From NCBI GenBank assembly GCA_043228905.1, contig JBHGNT010000008.1, positions 18,910,001 to 18,974,000 of the forward strand: DNA of 64,000 bases, read 5' to 3'. The notes below the pieces were generated by a model, which did not search any database, was not told where the DNA came from, and was given only the letters and a program-made list of their open reading frames with translations. The DNA is from Azolla caroliniana (Eukaryota; Plantae; Polypodiophyta). Positions 54,077-64,000 of this stretch are shown here, one piece after another (position 1 is the stretch's first letter; each line of letters starts with the position of its first letter). A program made the translations under genes and the position numbers.

Positions 54077-56186
54077 TGGTATCAGAGCGCGAGGGTTGAG
54101 AACCTCTACTGTCGACAATTGCTCAAAACGGACAAACCATAATCACCGGTAAAGAACAGAAGAGAGAAGGAAGACATGGACAGGTGAGGTTGATTCCTAT
54201 AGAAAAGCTCGACCAGAGCAACTATGCGTCCCGGTCGTATAAAATGCACTAGTACCTGCTTGGGAACGGATACTGGAGCTACGTGGAAGGAGCAAATGAA
54301 GCAACGCTAGATTCGGCACACAAGGACTTCTCGGTATGGGAGCAAGGAGTGAGCAGAGTGTTGTACTGCTTCGTGTCTTGTGTGCACGACCAGATGCTTG
54401 GCTACATCAGAGACGCAAAGTCACCGAAGGAGGCCTGGTAAAATCTCTGGAAGATTTTCGCCGCAAGTACCTTGAGTCGGAAGTTGTAGCTTCGGCAAGA
54501 GCTCAACAGTATTTGGCAACGGGACATGTCGGTCACCGACTACACCACTAAAATCAAGGAGATCTGCGATGACCTCGGGTCCATCAACGTGACGATGGAC
54601 GAAGACGAGATGGTTCAGATCTGCCTCGGTGGTCTAGCACAACGGTACGGGCCAATCCGGACGGCACTTTGCACACGGGAGAAGCCACTGTCCTTCTTCG
54701 ATCTGCAATCGATGCTCCTGGTTGAAGAAAACCATGCGAATGGGTCAAGGACCACTCAATCAGATAACTGAATGTTGTACAAAGAGGCAGATCGGTCCCG
54801 TGGGCGTGGAGGATGAGGTGGGTCGGCACGCAATAGTAGCGGCCGACAAGAGCAGAATCGAAGGCACATAGATTGTGCTGACAATAGTTCTAGACCCTCC
54901 ACAAGCAAGGGGAGTCAAAGTGGCGCCAGAAACCGGCAAGGGAAGGCCGACACGAAATGCTAGTACTGTGGCAAGAAAGGCCACCGGGAGAGTGAGTGCT
55001 GGAAGAAGCACGCCGATTTGGATAAATCCGGATCCGGTAAGGCCGGACAAGGAAACTGATAAAGCTCGCACTACGTAGAAGGATCGGAAGGATCCGGAAC
55101 CGGAAAGACCAGAAAAGGGCCAACCTTCGTGATGAAGCACAAGGCGAACTCAATGAAGAAAACCACTTTCGGATTGGAGGAAGTGTGGTACGTTGACTGC
55201 AGAGCGTCTAACCACATGACGAGCCATGAAGAGTGGTTCTCATATCTAGAAAAACCGGAGCAACCGGGAGTTGTCGAAACCGGAGACGACACTCCTCACC
55301 CGATCGTGAACGTCAGAGAAGTTCCCTTGAGTCATGTCAAACAAAAAGGGAAGCTTATGAATGTGCTTCACGTCCCGGCAATCACAAAGAACCTGGTGTC
55401 AGTCGGTCAGATCGTTGACCAGGGAATGCAAGTGCAGTTTACGCACCTCGGGTGCATCATTGAGGAAGAGGGCCAGATCATCACGCAAGGGTGCCGAGAT
55501 GGGAGGATGTTTATCCTCAACACCAACGACGTAGGCATTGCTTTGTCCGCAAAGGGTTAGAAGGTCGAGTCGGATATCTCGATATGTGGCACAAGCAGAT
55601 CGGCCATGTCAATTACCGGAGGCTTCAAGACTTGCAATCAAAACAGGTTGTATTCGGATTGCCGAAATTCAGTGGTCGGAAGGCCCTAATTTGTGAAGCT
55701 TGCCAACTCGCCAAGCAACACCGGCTTTCGTTCCCCACCGAAAGAAACTGGAGCCGTAACAAGCTCGACTTGATACATTCGGATGTATGGGGATAGACAC
55801 ATAACGTAAGTCTTGGCGGGAGCCGATATTTCATCTCCTTCATCGACGACTACAACAGGCACACATGGAGATGGTCCACGTGCAAAGAAAAAGGGAAGAA
55901 GAAGATGCCAGAATATGACATTGGCAGAGACGAGTTGGATCGAAGCGAATCCGACTCTGAAAGACATGAAGACGAACCTTGAGAGGTGAAGTTTGAGTCG
56001 GCCAAGAAGGCCTCGAAATCGGCTAACGAGAAGTTGCGTTGATCCACCCGCCAGAAGAACCCCGTGAAACGGTATGGTTACAACGAGTACATGGTGCATC
56101 ACTATGCGTACATGACGAAAGTGGCGGAAGTGCGTGAACCGGAGAGCTACGCAGAAGCGGAAAAGGACGCTCATTGGCATGCCGCT
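54077..56186 (+). mobile_element. Ty1/copia internal remnant (iMet PBS, gag, protease, start of integrase, deletion to the RT start), interrupted at 56187
   Basis: ca|tggtatcagagc; degenerate zinc knuckle; WYVDCRASNHMT; WHKQIGH..CEACQLAK..LIHSDVWG; REPESYAEA. Confidence 0.9.
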
Positions 56187-57752
56187 TGTTAGGGACAAGG
56201 CCGTCAATGCGAAAGTGCAAGCAACATTTGTGATGAAGAAGAACTTGTGTATGCGCATAAGAGAGAGAGAGAGAGAGAGAGGCACAAACAAATCGTTATA
56301 TTCCAATAACAGCAGTTACAAAGAATGACAACCAACAACCTTTTCTAAAGGTTACAAAGTCACTTTATATAGTGATTGTCCTAGGGCAACTGCCCTTTAT
56401 GCTATTTACAGAAATAGCCCAAACTTGGGCTATCCAAAGAGACAGCGTGAATACGGCCATTATACACTCGTATTCGACACTTCCCCGTAATGGGCGTATA
56501 CATGGGTTATCTAAAAAATTATAGGTATATACAAGGCTTATCGGATAGATCGGTTTTGTTAGAGTCGGCAAGATCCGAAGACAGAAGATGGAACCGGTCG
56601 GGTCGGAAGAGCTGAAGCTGATCCTCAAAGAACCGATGTTGGTTGTCTGAAACCATCCTGTGCTGTGTGTCCGACTTTAATCGGACCGATATCTCGTTAC
56701 GCCCATCTGGTGCCGAAGGGACCGGAAACAATCCACCGAAAGACACTTGGTCATTCCATCTGCGACATTATCAGTTGTGGATATCTTCTCTAGACCGATT
56801 TTCCCTGAAATGACGTAATCCCGAACAAAGTGATATCGAACGTCGATATACTTGGAGGCGTTGTGGTGAACCGGATTCTTTGATAAAGCAACAACACCCT
56901 GATTGTCATTGTAGACAACTGGAGTCGAGTCGAGGTCGACTTGCCGAAACGTGTGCGCCAGCCGACCGAGCCATAAAGCTTCTTTTGCCGCGGCGGACGC
57001 AACTACATATTCCGCTTCGGTCGTTGAGGTGGTTGTGCACTCCTGAAGTTTTGACTTCCACGAGATTGCTCCATTGTCGAATTTGAAACAATATCTGGTT
57101 GTTGATTTCCGACTATCCACGCAGCCAACGAAGTTCGAGTCGGTGTAACCGACTATGCCTGAGGTTGAGTTCGGGCTGAAAAGAATGCCGTGGTCTTTTG
57201 TGCCAGCTAGATATCTGAACACATGCTTGACTGCGTTCTAGTGCGATCGGCCGGGGTTGTGCATGAATCTGCTGACGACTCCTACGACGTGAGAAATATT
57301 AGGCTGTGTCACGACCATCGCGTACATAAGGGTGCCGACTGCCGGTGCATACGATACCAACTTCATATCTTCCCCCTCTGGACCGGATGTCGGGCAGTCT
57401 CGTTGAGACATCCGAAGGTTAATGGGGAGTGGGGTTGAAACAGACTTGGCCGAGTGCATGTTGAAGCGTTCCAAGACACGTCCGATGTAGTCGGTTTAAG
57501 ACAAGAAAAGTTGTCGTTTATCGCGATGCCGACTAATCTTCATACCAAGTATGTGTCTTGCCGGACCGAGGTCCTTCATGACAAACTTCAACCGCAGTTT
57601 CCGAACAAGTTCGGTGAGCTCTCCGGCATGCTGACCAGAGAGTAGCATGTCGTCCACGTAGATGATGAGGAAGACGAGAGACCCATCTTGAGCTGTTTTG
57701 GTGAAGAGACAGTGGTCCTCATCACTCTTTGAGAAGCTGATCGATTGGATGA

Positions 57753-58511
57753 TGTTAGGAAATAGGTCCCTCCGGATGGGAAGTGAGAAGAACAGTACTG
57801 ATGAGCAAACTCGGCCGAGGCCCAAACCGGATGTGGAAGACCCAGCTACGGAAGACCCGGTGAGAACCGGATGACAAGTACCCGGCAACGGAAGACCCGG
57901 TGAGACTCGGATGACGAGTACCCGACAAGAGCCGAATGGTGAAGACCCGGTGTGAACCGGATGTGGAGTACTCGGCAACGGAAGACTCGGTGAGAACCGG
58001 ATGACGTGTGCCCAGCAAGTGCCGGATGATGCAGGCCCGATGAGGAGTGCTCACCGGATGAAGGGACATATTCGTAAATATGTTTCTGAGAGTCCATCGG
58101 GACTATATTTGTAAATAGCCGAAAAGGCATATTAGTATAAATATGACTTAGGGCAAACTAAGAGGGTTGTTGTCATTCTTGTTGGCGCAAGACTAGAGAG
58201 CGCGTAACAGTGTACAGTGAGTGAGAGAGAGAGAGCGCGAGGTCGTTGCCTCTGTTGTAACCGCCGCCTGTGGCGAAGATCGAGAGCGCGAGGTCGTTGC
58301 CTCCGTGAGCTCACTGTTGTAATCATTGTGATATAGTGATAGTTTGGAGTTTGTGGACTCCCATGGTTTTTCCCTCTCAGGGTTTTCCATGTTAAACATC
58401 CTGTGTACTCTTCTCTCCTTTGTGTCGTGTTTTTCATTCCTCGTTTTCTGTGTTTGATTCTAAGCTCGGTTGTGGCCGAGCGGTGTTCATTGGAGCGTGT
58501 AGTTCCTGTCA
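57753..58511 (+). mobile_element. 759-bp solo LTR with a perfect 5-bp TSD, inserted in copia RT
   Basis: GATGA|tgttagg...cctgtca|GATGA (57748-57752 and 58512-58516). The RT reading resumes on both sides. Internal ~36-bp repeats gaagacccggtgagaaccggatg. Confidence 0.9.
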
Positions 58512-59384
58512 GATGAAGTCGTCGAACTTCTTGTACCACTACCGGGGTGCCTGTTTCAGGCCGTAGAGACTCTTCCTGAGTCGGCAGACTACATGTTCCT
58601 GGTCGGATGCCACAAAGCCTTTCGGCTACTCCATATAGATTTCCGCCTGTAGGTCACTGTGGAGGAATGTTGTTTTTACATCTACCTAAATCAGCTCCAA
58701 GTTGTCAGTGGCCACGACGTTGAGCATGAAACGAAGGGTCGTCATTTTCACCACTGGTGAAAAAATTTCGCATATTTGTTGCTGTTGACCTTGTTTGACT
58801 GCCTTCGTTCATCCCGGCCGTCGTTCCCGGTCATCTCCATTGTTGTTCGGCACGGACGACCATGTCTTTCCGGCTGTCCATTTCCTGCACACGCACATTG
58901 CTAGCTGTTGTACACTCGCACATCCGAATCGTTGCGTCTCATTCTGTGACTTTGTCTAGCACATTGTGATCACCATCATTTGTCACTAACCACACACCCG
59001 CACAACATCATCATTTTGCGCACTCGTATATCTACATCGTTGTCGTTACTTGCACATTTTCACCATTTCTTGCATCTCGCGCCGCCGCGTATTCTTCTTG
59101 GACTTCTTCTTGAACTTCTTCTTCAAAGGGGGTTCGCCGTTGTGGTCGCCAAAAGGTGTTGTATGTTCTAGGGTTAGGGTTAATAGATTATTGATAATGA
59201 TAAAGTTAGGAATAGGGCTAGCAATGATGGGAGACTGATAATGAAGATAGACATAGTGTAATGGTAAAAATGATGAAGAGTATGAGAGAGATCATGTGCA
59301 TCGAGAAGCATTGCGGGGTGGGGGGGGTGCCTAGAATGGCTCCACCCCCCTCCCAAGGGGGTTCAACGTTAAGGAGAGGGAAGA

Positions 59385-60510
59385 GATGGATAGATAGATA
59401 AATAGATTATATTATCGTCTTCAGAGGTCAAATATGACCTATGAGACCAAAAATATTACATTTCACGTGATACGTGTGAAAGTGAGTAGTGACTCTCGAT
59501 GTTCAAGAGCTTTACCAATGAATGTTGCAATCGAGAGTGCACATTGTGGTTGTGAGAGGAATTCATGCAAAGATTGGGCTTGATCGAAGAGATGTGGAAA
59601 GCATGGTTGAATATGATCAAAGGTAGAGCATTGTATCAAAGTGTGATACTCAGACTCGCGAACTTGTTTAGGGCAAAGTGTGCATAGCCGACCACTCTCA
59701 TCACTTGTGCCCCAACACCCTGTTTCACATCGCAATGCATGTGAGCTAAGTCGCATGGAAGCAATGGTTCGAATGGCAGATAACGGTTTGGGCTCTAACA
59801 TGTATGGATGTGTACGATTTCCCCGTTCTGCAAAGAATATGGTTTTGTAGTTAGGTGCAACATGTGTAGTATAATGTGTGAAGCGTGAGCCTCCACATTT
59901 GTCCCATGTCATGATACATTGGCGTTGCAAAAATGCCTCATTTACAGAGGAATCTAATGATGCATCATGAAGCAAGTGTCTCGCATCCCATCTACCAAAC
60001 CATTTTTCTATATCTTGCATCCAACCTTAACACAAAATTTTGCTTTTATGCGTCTTTTGGATCTTTTTTCTTGCTTCCCACGCAATTCTAGGAAGTCGAT
60101 GTGAGGGACTCTTTTGACCCTTAAGCATGTATTCAACAACCCTTTCCATGGCCATGATCTCAATGGGAAGCGATCCCGTCTCAAGGAGGAGGAGGGTGTA
60201 GGGCGTTTGTTTCTTAACTTGTAGAAACTTGGTAAGAAAATGCTTTTGGACATTTTCAAACTCTTTCCACATAGATTTAGGGATGCTACCGCCCCATACT
60301 TCCACCCCATAGAGAAGAACCGGTGTCACCAAAGTGTCGAAAAGATATTTCTTGAGGACCCAACACTTAATATCTCCAAGATTGCATGTGTTCTCAAATG
60401 CATAGTATGCTCGCTTACCCGCCTCTAAGCGGCGTGTAGCACATTCATTCCATCTATGATTTGAAGGAACTTCAAGGCCAAGATATTTGAAGCTTTCCAC
60501 ACATTCAAGT
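59385..60510 (-). mobile_element. 5'-truncated LINE: RT thumb, C-terminal zinc finger and (TCTA)n-type tail
   Basis: FKYLG, PVLLYGVEVWG and RLSSHALRCETG..RLCTLC..ESEYHTLIQC; the 3' UTR is shared with 3763-4150. Confidence 0.85.
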
Positions 60511-61668
60511 TTCCATTCATTCCCTATAAGGGGTTAAATAGGTACAAAGGGGTAGATCCACAAGGGTGCAAGCCCCTTGGGCATTCACACCTAGTCACTC
60601 ACTCACACCTCTTTGTATCCACCATACTCACACTTACATTCACACTCATAATCGTATAAGATTACACATACATTACATCATTCACCCTCACTTATCAATC
60701 ACATGTACGTCTCGTACGGTAACAGGAGGTTCCCTTTGTGGAGTGTCCACCCTCCTGATGAGAATCTGACACGGATGCCGTCTTCGTCAAGCTGTCCGAC
60801 TGAGATCAAGGGACTTGAGAGCTCAGGAATGTGTCAAACGTTGTGTAGTACGAGTGTAGAGCCACTCGGAAGGTTGAGCTCTACGGTGCCGATTCTGATT
60901 ATAGCACAATGCTGCGAGTTTCCGACTCGAACTGAGTCGGAGTGCTGGTCCGAGTATTGCCGAAACTGAGATCGGCGAGGTGTCACATGATACGATGCGC
61001 CCGAGTCTAGGAGCCATGTGCTCGATTCCTCAGTCGTAAGCAGAACTTCTGATTCGACTGGGTTCTCTATGGACAATATGTTCGGGTTGGTCGTCAAAAT
61101 TTCGGTTGAAGAGCCGATGTAGTTGACCTCCTCATGCCGCCTACTCTTCTGATCCGCTCTCTGAGCTTTGTCGGTTTTTGCTTTGAGCGCCTGGCAGTCG
61201 GCTTTGATGTGTCTCGGTTTCTTGCAGTAGTTGCAGATTCGGTCATCCTGGGACTTGCTCCGGCTTCGCTAATTATTCGGCGGTCGGGAAGAACTTCTTC
61301 CCCGGTTGTTCGATCGGTCAGTCGGTCGAACCTTGTACTACATAAGCTTCATCTGCTGAGTCTTTGGCGAAAGACTTTCTCCGAGCTGCTTCAGTTAGGA
61401 TTGCGCTCATGACTTTGGAGTACTTAACGACAACTATTGAAGCATTGCACACGGTTGTAATGGAAGTTTCCCATGAAGAGGGGAGACTACTCATGAGTAT
61501 CATTGCTTTGAGTTCATCCTCGATTGCCGTCCCCTGAGACGAGATTTGGAAGCTTATGCTTTCGTACTCCTTGAGGTGTGCCTGAACCGAATCAGATTCT
61601 TTCATCCGCAAGTTGTAGAGGCACCGGATCAGATACATCTTCGTTGCCGCAACCTTCTTTTCATACGT

Positions 61669-64000
61669 TGTCGCGAAGATTCCCGTGTGCGTGTGCTACT
61701 CGAGCGACCACCGGGGTCTTGGACTGGGGAGGATGTTCGCAGTATTATCGAAGAGATGACGATCAATGTAAGATTAGATGAAATTTGTTCACTTGAGAAG
61801 AAGAAAGATTGTACACTTGAGAAGTAGAAAAATATGAAGAAGATAAAGACAAATATAATTATATTGATGATAATGGTGTTGGTGATACCACATATTGAGC
61901 CCCCTTACACAAGCTCAACTAGAGGCTTTTATAGGTCTTTCCATGCTTGTGACATGCACAAAACCATGGACTAAAACCATGGTTTTGTGCACACGGTTTT
62001 GCTTATGTCATGCACAAACCATGGGTTTAAAACCATGGTTTTGTGCACATGGTTTTCTATGGTTGTTTCATCTATAATTTGTATATGAAAAGGAAATACA
62101 TAAAATCTACACTATATGATAGTTGTCCTAGTGGTAAGGCAATTATCTTGTATCTTAGAGGTACAAGGTTCAAACCTTGCTTGCACCCCTCTGTATGAAC
62201 TCAAGTGCCACTAGGCCTTAGGAGGCTTATTTGCTAAGTGTATGTTCAATGTTGCACATCCTTGGTTTATTCGTCTCACTCGCTTTCACACCGTAGCCGA
62301 CAATCGTCACGACATCCACCCCTACCAAACCCGCACATCCTCCGGTATGTGCCGAGAAAGGTGAAGAGGTGAGATCTTTGGCAACGATGATCAACCGAGT
62401 TCCTCTGCACGCTCGTCAACCTCGTCTGACTTCGTCTTCCACTTCGAGTATGCGCAATCTTTCCAACCGAACCACCGTAGCCACCCGATCCACCATATCC
62501 GGCGCTCACACCTTCTTCCCCGATCGGTTGTAGTAGATCTACTGAACGATGTCGTCGATCCGACTGCTCTTCCTTCGTCCACCGTGTGTGTCCTTCGATT
62601 GGACTCCTGGCCACTCCTCACGCTCACCGTCTTCAACTGGGTGTTGTGGATCGTTCGTGTCGATCTCTGATTATGCCATGTTTGCCCTTGTCCAGATCGG
62701 TCTCCGCCGATTGCTTCTTGGCTCGGTTGGCCTTCGTTTGCATTCGCATTTCGCCGAGTTGGGCTCGACCGATTGATTTTGGCCGGGTCGGCCCCCTTTT
62801 GGATTGGGATTGTCCGATCAATTTCGGCCGAATCAGGTTTCGGCCGGGTCGGCCCCGGTCGATCGGCTCCCATGTGGATCTTCCTTCGTTCGGGCCGGAA
62901 TCCTGGCCGGATTGTCTTCCGGTTCGACCGGTTCTCGCCTCTTCCTTCCTTCCCGCATGACGCCTCTCCATCGAACTTAATCGCGGCTTCATCCTTGGCC
63001 TCCTCGTCGGCCATATCCTTCCCTCCATGTATGCTCACCTCGAGCCATATTGTCTCCTCTCCGCCACCTCCTTTATCTTCGGTCTTATGTCGACACATGG
63101 TCTCGACTGCCGAAGTCTTCGGAACCAGTGTGAAGGAATTCCTTCGTTCATGCACATTTACCTTGTCTTCCTCATCGCCCTTCCGGTCTTCCGCTTTTCA
63201 TTCGCCTCGGTTTTGTCTCCCTTTTAAGCTTTATTTCTTTTGTTGGTGGCGCGTTGCTACATCTCGCCCCTCTTCGATCGTCCCTCATGGGCCGTCTTGT
63301 TGTCGTTGATATTCTTGCTCGCCCCTTATCGTGTAGTCGGCATACACTTTCCACTTTGCTCCAATCCTCGATGAGGCCATTTGCACCATCATCTTCTTCA
63401 AGTTTGAGGCCGATAGACATCCTTTCCATTCGATCGATTGACTTCATGAACATAAGGACCTTATCGACGCCCACTATTCTTTGTTCCCGCTCCGAGAGTT
63501 GAGAAAAATGATGCTCGAAGTCTACGAATGCTTGTGTCGCGCCTTGGTGGGTCTTCGCTGATGTCACCCATTGGTCGAAGTTGCGTCGATCTCGTCCCTT
63601 CAGTCTCTCATAGCCATATTCCTCCAATAGAGCCTTCTCGAAAGTCTCCCACGAATCATGAGCTTCTAGAAGCTCTTTTACATCTTTGAAGATCGATTGA
63701 GACACCACCCGACAAAAGTACTCCAGCCTCATAGCTTCGTGCACACCTCTTGAATCCATCTTCGCATTGTAGACTTTTAGAAAACTTTGGACTTCAGCGT
63801 CGTCGAAATAGCTCACTTGCTCGACTACCCTATCGACGGCTTGTTGGGCTTCATTTCGTCTTTTCCCTTCTCTCAGAAACTCCATCATCCTTTTTGACAT
63901 TGCCTCCATGAGATATTCGCCATCCATCTTCGTCCTCCCCTACTGCTCTTCACGTCGGGTTCACCAAATGATGTCGCGAAGATTCGCGCGTGCGTGTGCT
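61669..64000 (-). mobile_element. Non-autonomous gag-only LTR element: 3' LTR 61669-62314, PPT 62315-62343, gag-like ORF 63172-63927, tRNA-Trp PBS 63949-63966, 5' LTR from 63972 (runs off the window)
   Basis: tgtcgcgaagattc.cg.gtgcgtgtgct at both 61669 and 63972; other LTR terminus ..cgtcacgaca; ttcacgtcgggttcacca equals the plant tRNA-Trp 3' end; gag-like SWETFEKALLEEYG. Confidence 0.85.
62118..62190 (+). other. tRNA-like A/B-box module in the U3 part of the LTR, antisense to the minus-strand element
   Basis: gttgTCCTAGTGGtaaggc...agaggtaCAAGGTTCAAACCTTG; hairpin caagg/ccttg around ttcaaa. Confidence 0.65.

Larger units (their letters stand above)
56677..61668 (-). mobile_element. Ty1/copia (Tnt1/Tork-like) remnant: gag/protease at 60700-61668 and RT/RNase H at 56677-58770, split by later insertions
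   Basis: CNYCKKPRHIKADC, WLLDSGASYHVT, LYGLKQAP, IIYVDDMLL, SWKSKLQ, TTEAEYV, NVADGMTK. That both parts belong to one element is inferred. Confidence 0.8.

Overview
Eukaryotic land-plant DNA, most likely from a lineage with flagellated sperm such as a fern (inferred from a HYLS1-like basal-body gene). A gene-bearing core (~20.9-49.9 kb) holds five intron-containing genes: a small PDZ-domain protein (-), GEMIN2/SIP1 (-), HYLS1-like (-), MED21 (+) and a BAH-TFIIS(N) SUO-like gene (-). It is flanked by nested, degenerate retrotransposons (1-19.5 kb and 51.8-64 kb). Main observations: (1) four apparently unrelated LTRs each carry a tRNA-shaped A-box/B-box module near their 5' (U3) end, always antisense to the element, and a fifth copy sits in a host intron; (2) an 8.2-kb tail-to-tail inverted pair of non-autonomous Gypsy elements has crossed LTR identities (LTR1~LTR3, LTR2~LTR4), implying the centre was inverted; (3) a pol-less, gag-only LTR element is primed by tRNA-Trp. 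All calls were made by eye, without database searches.
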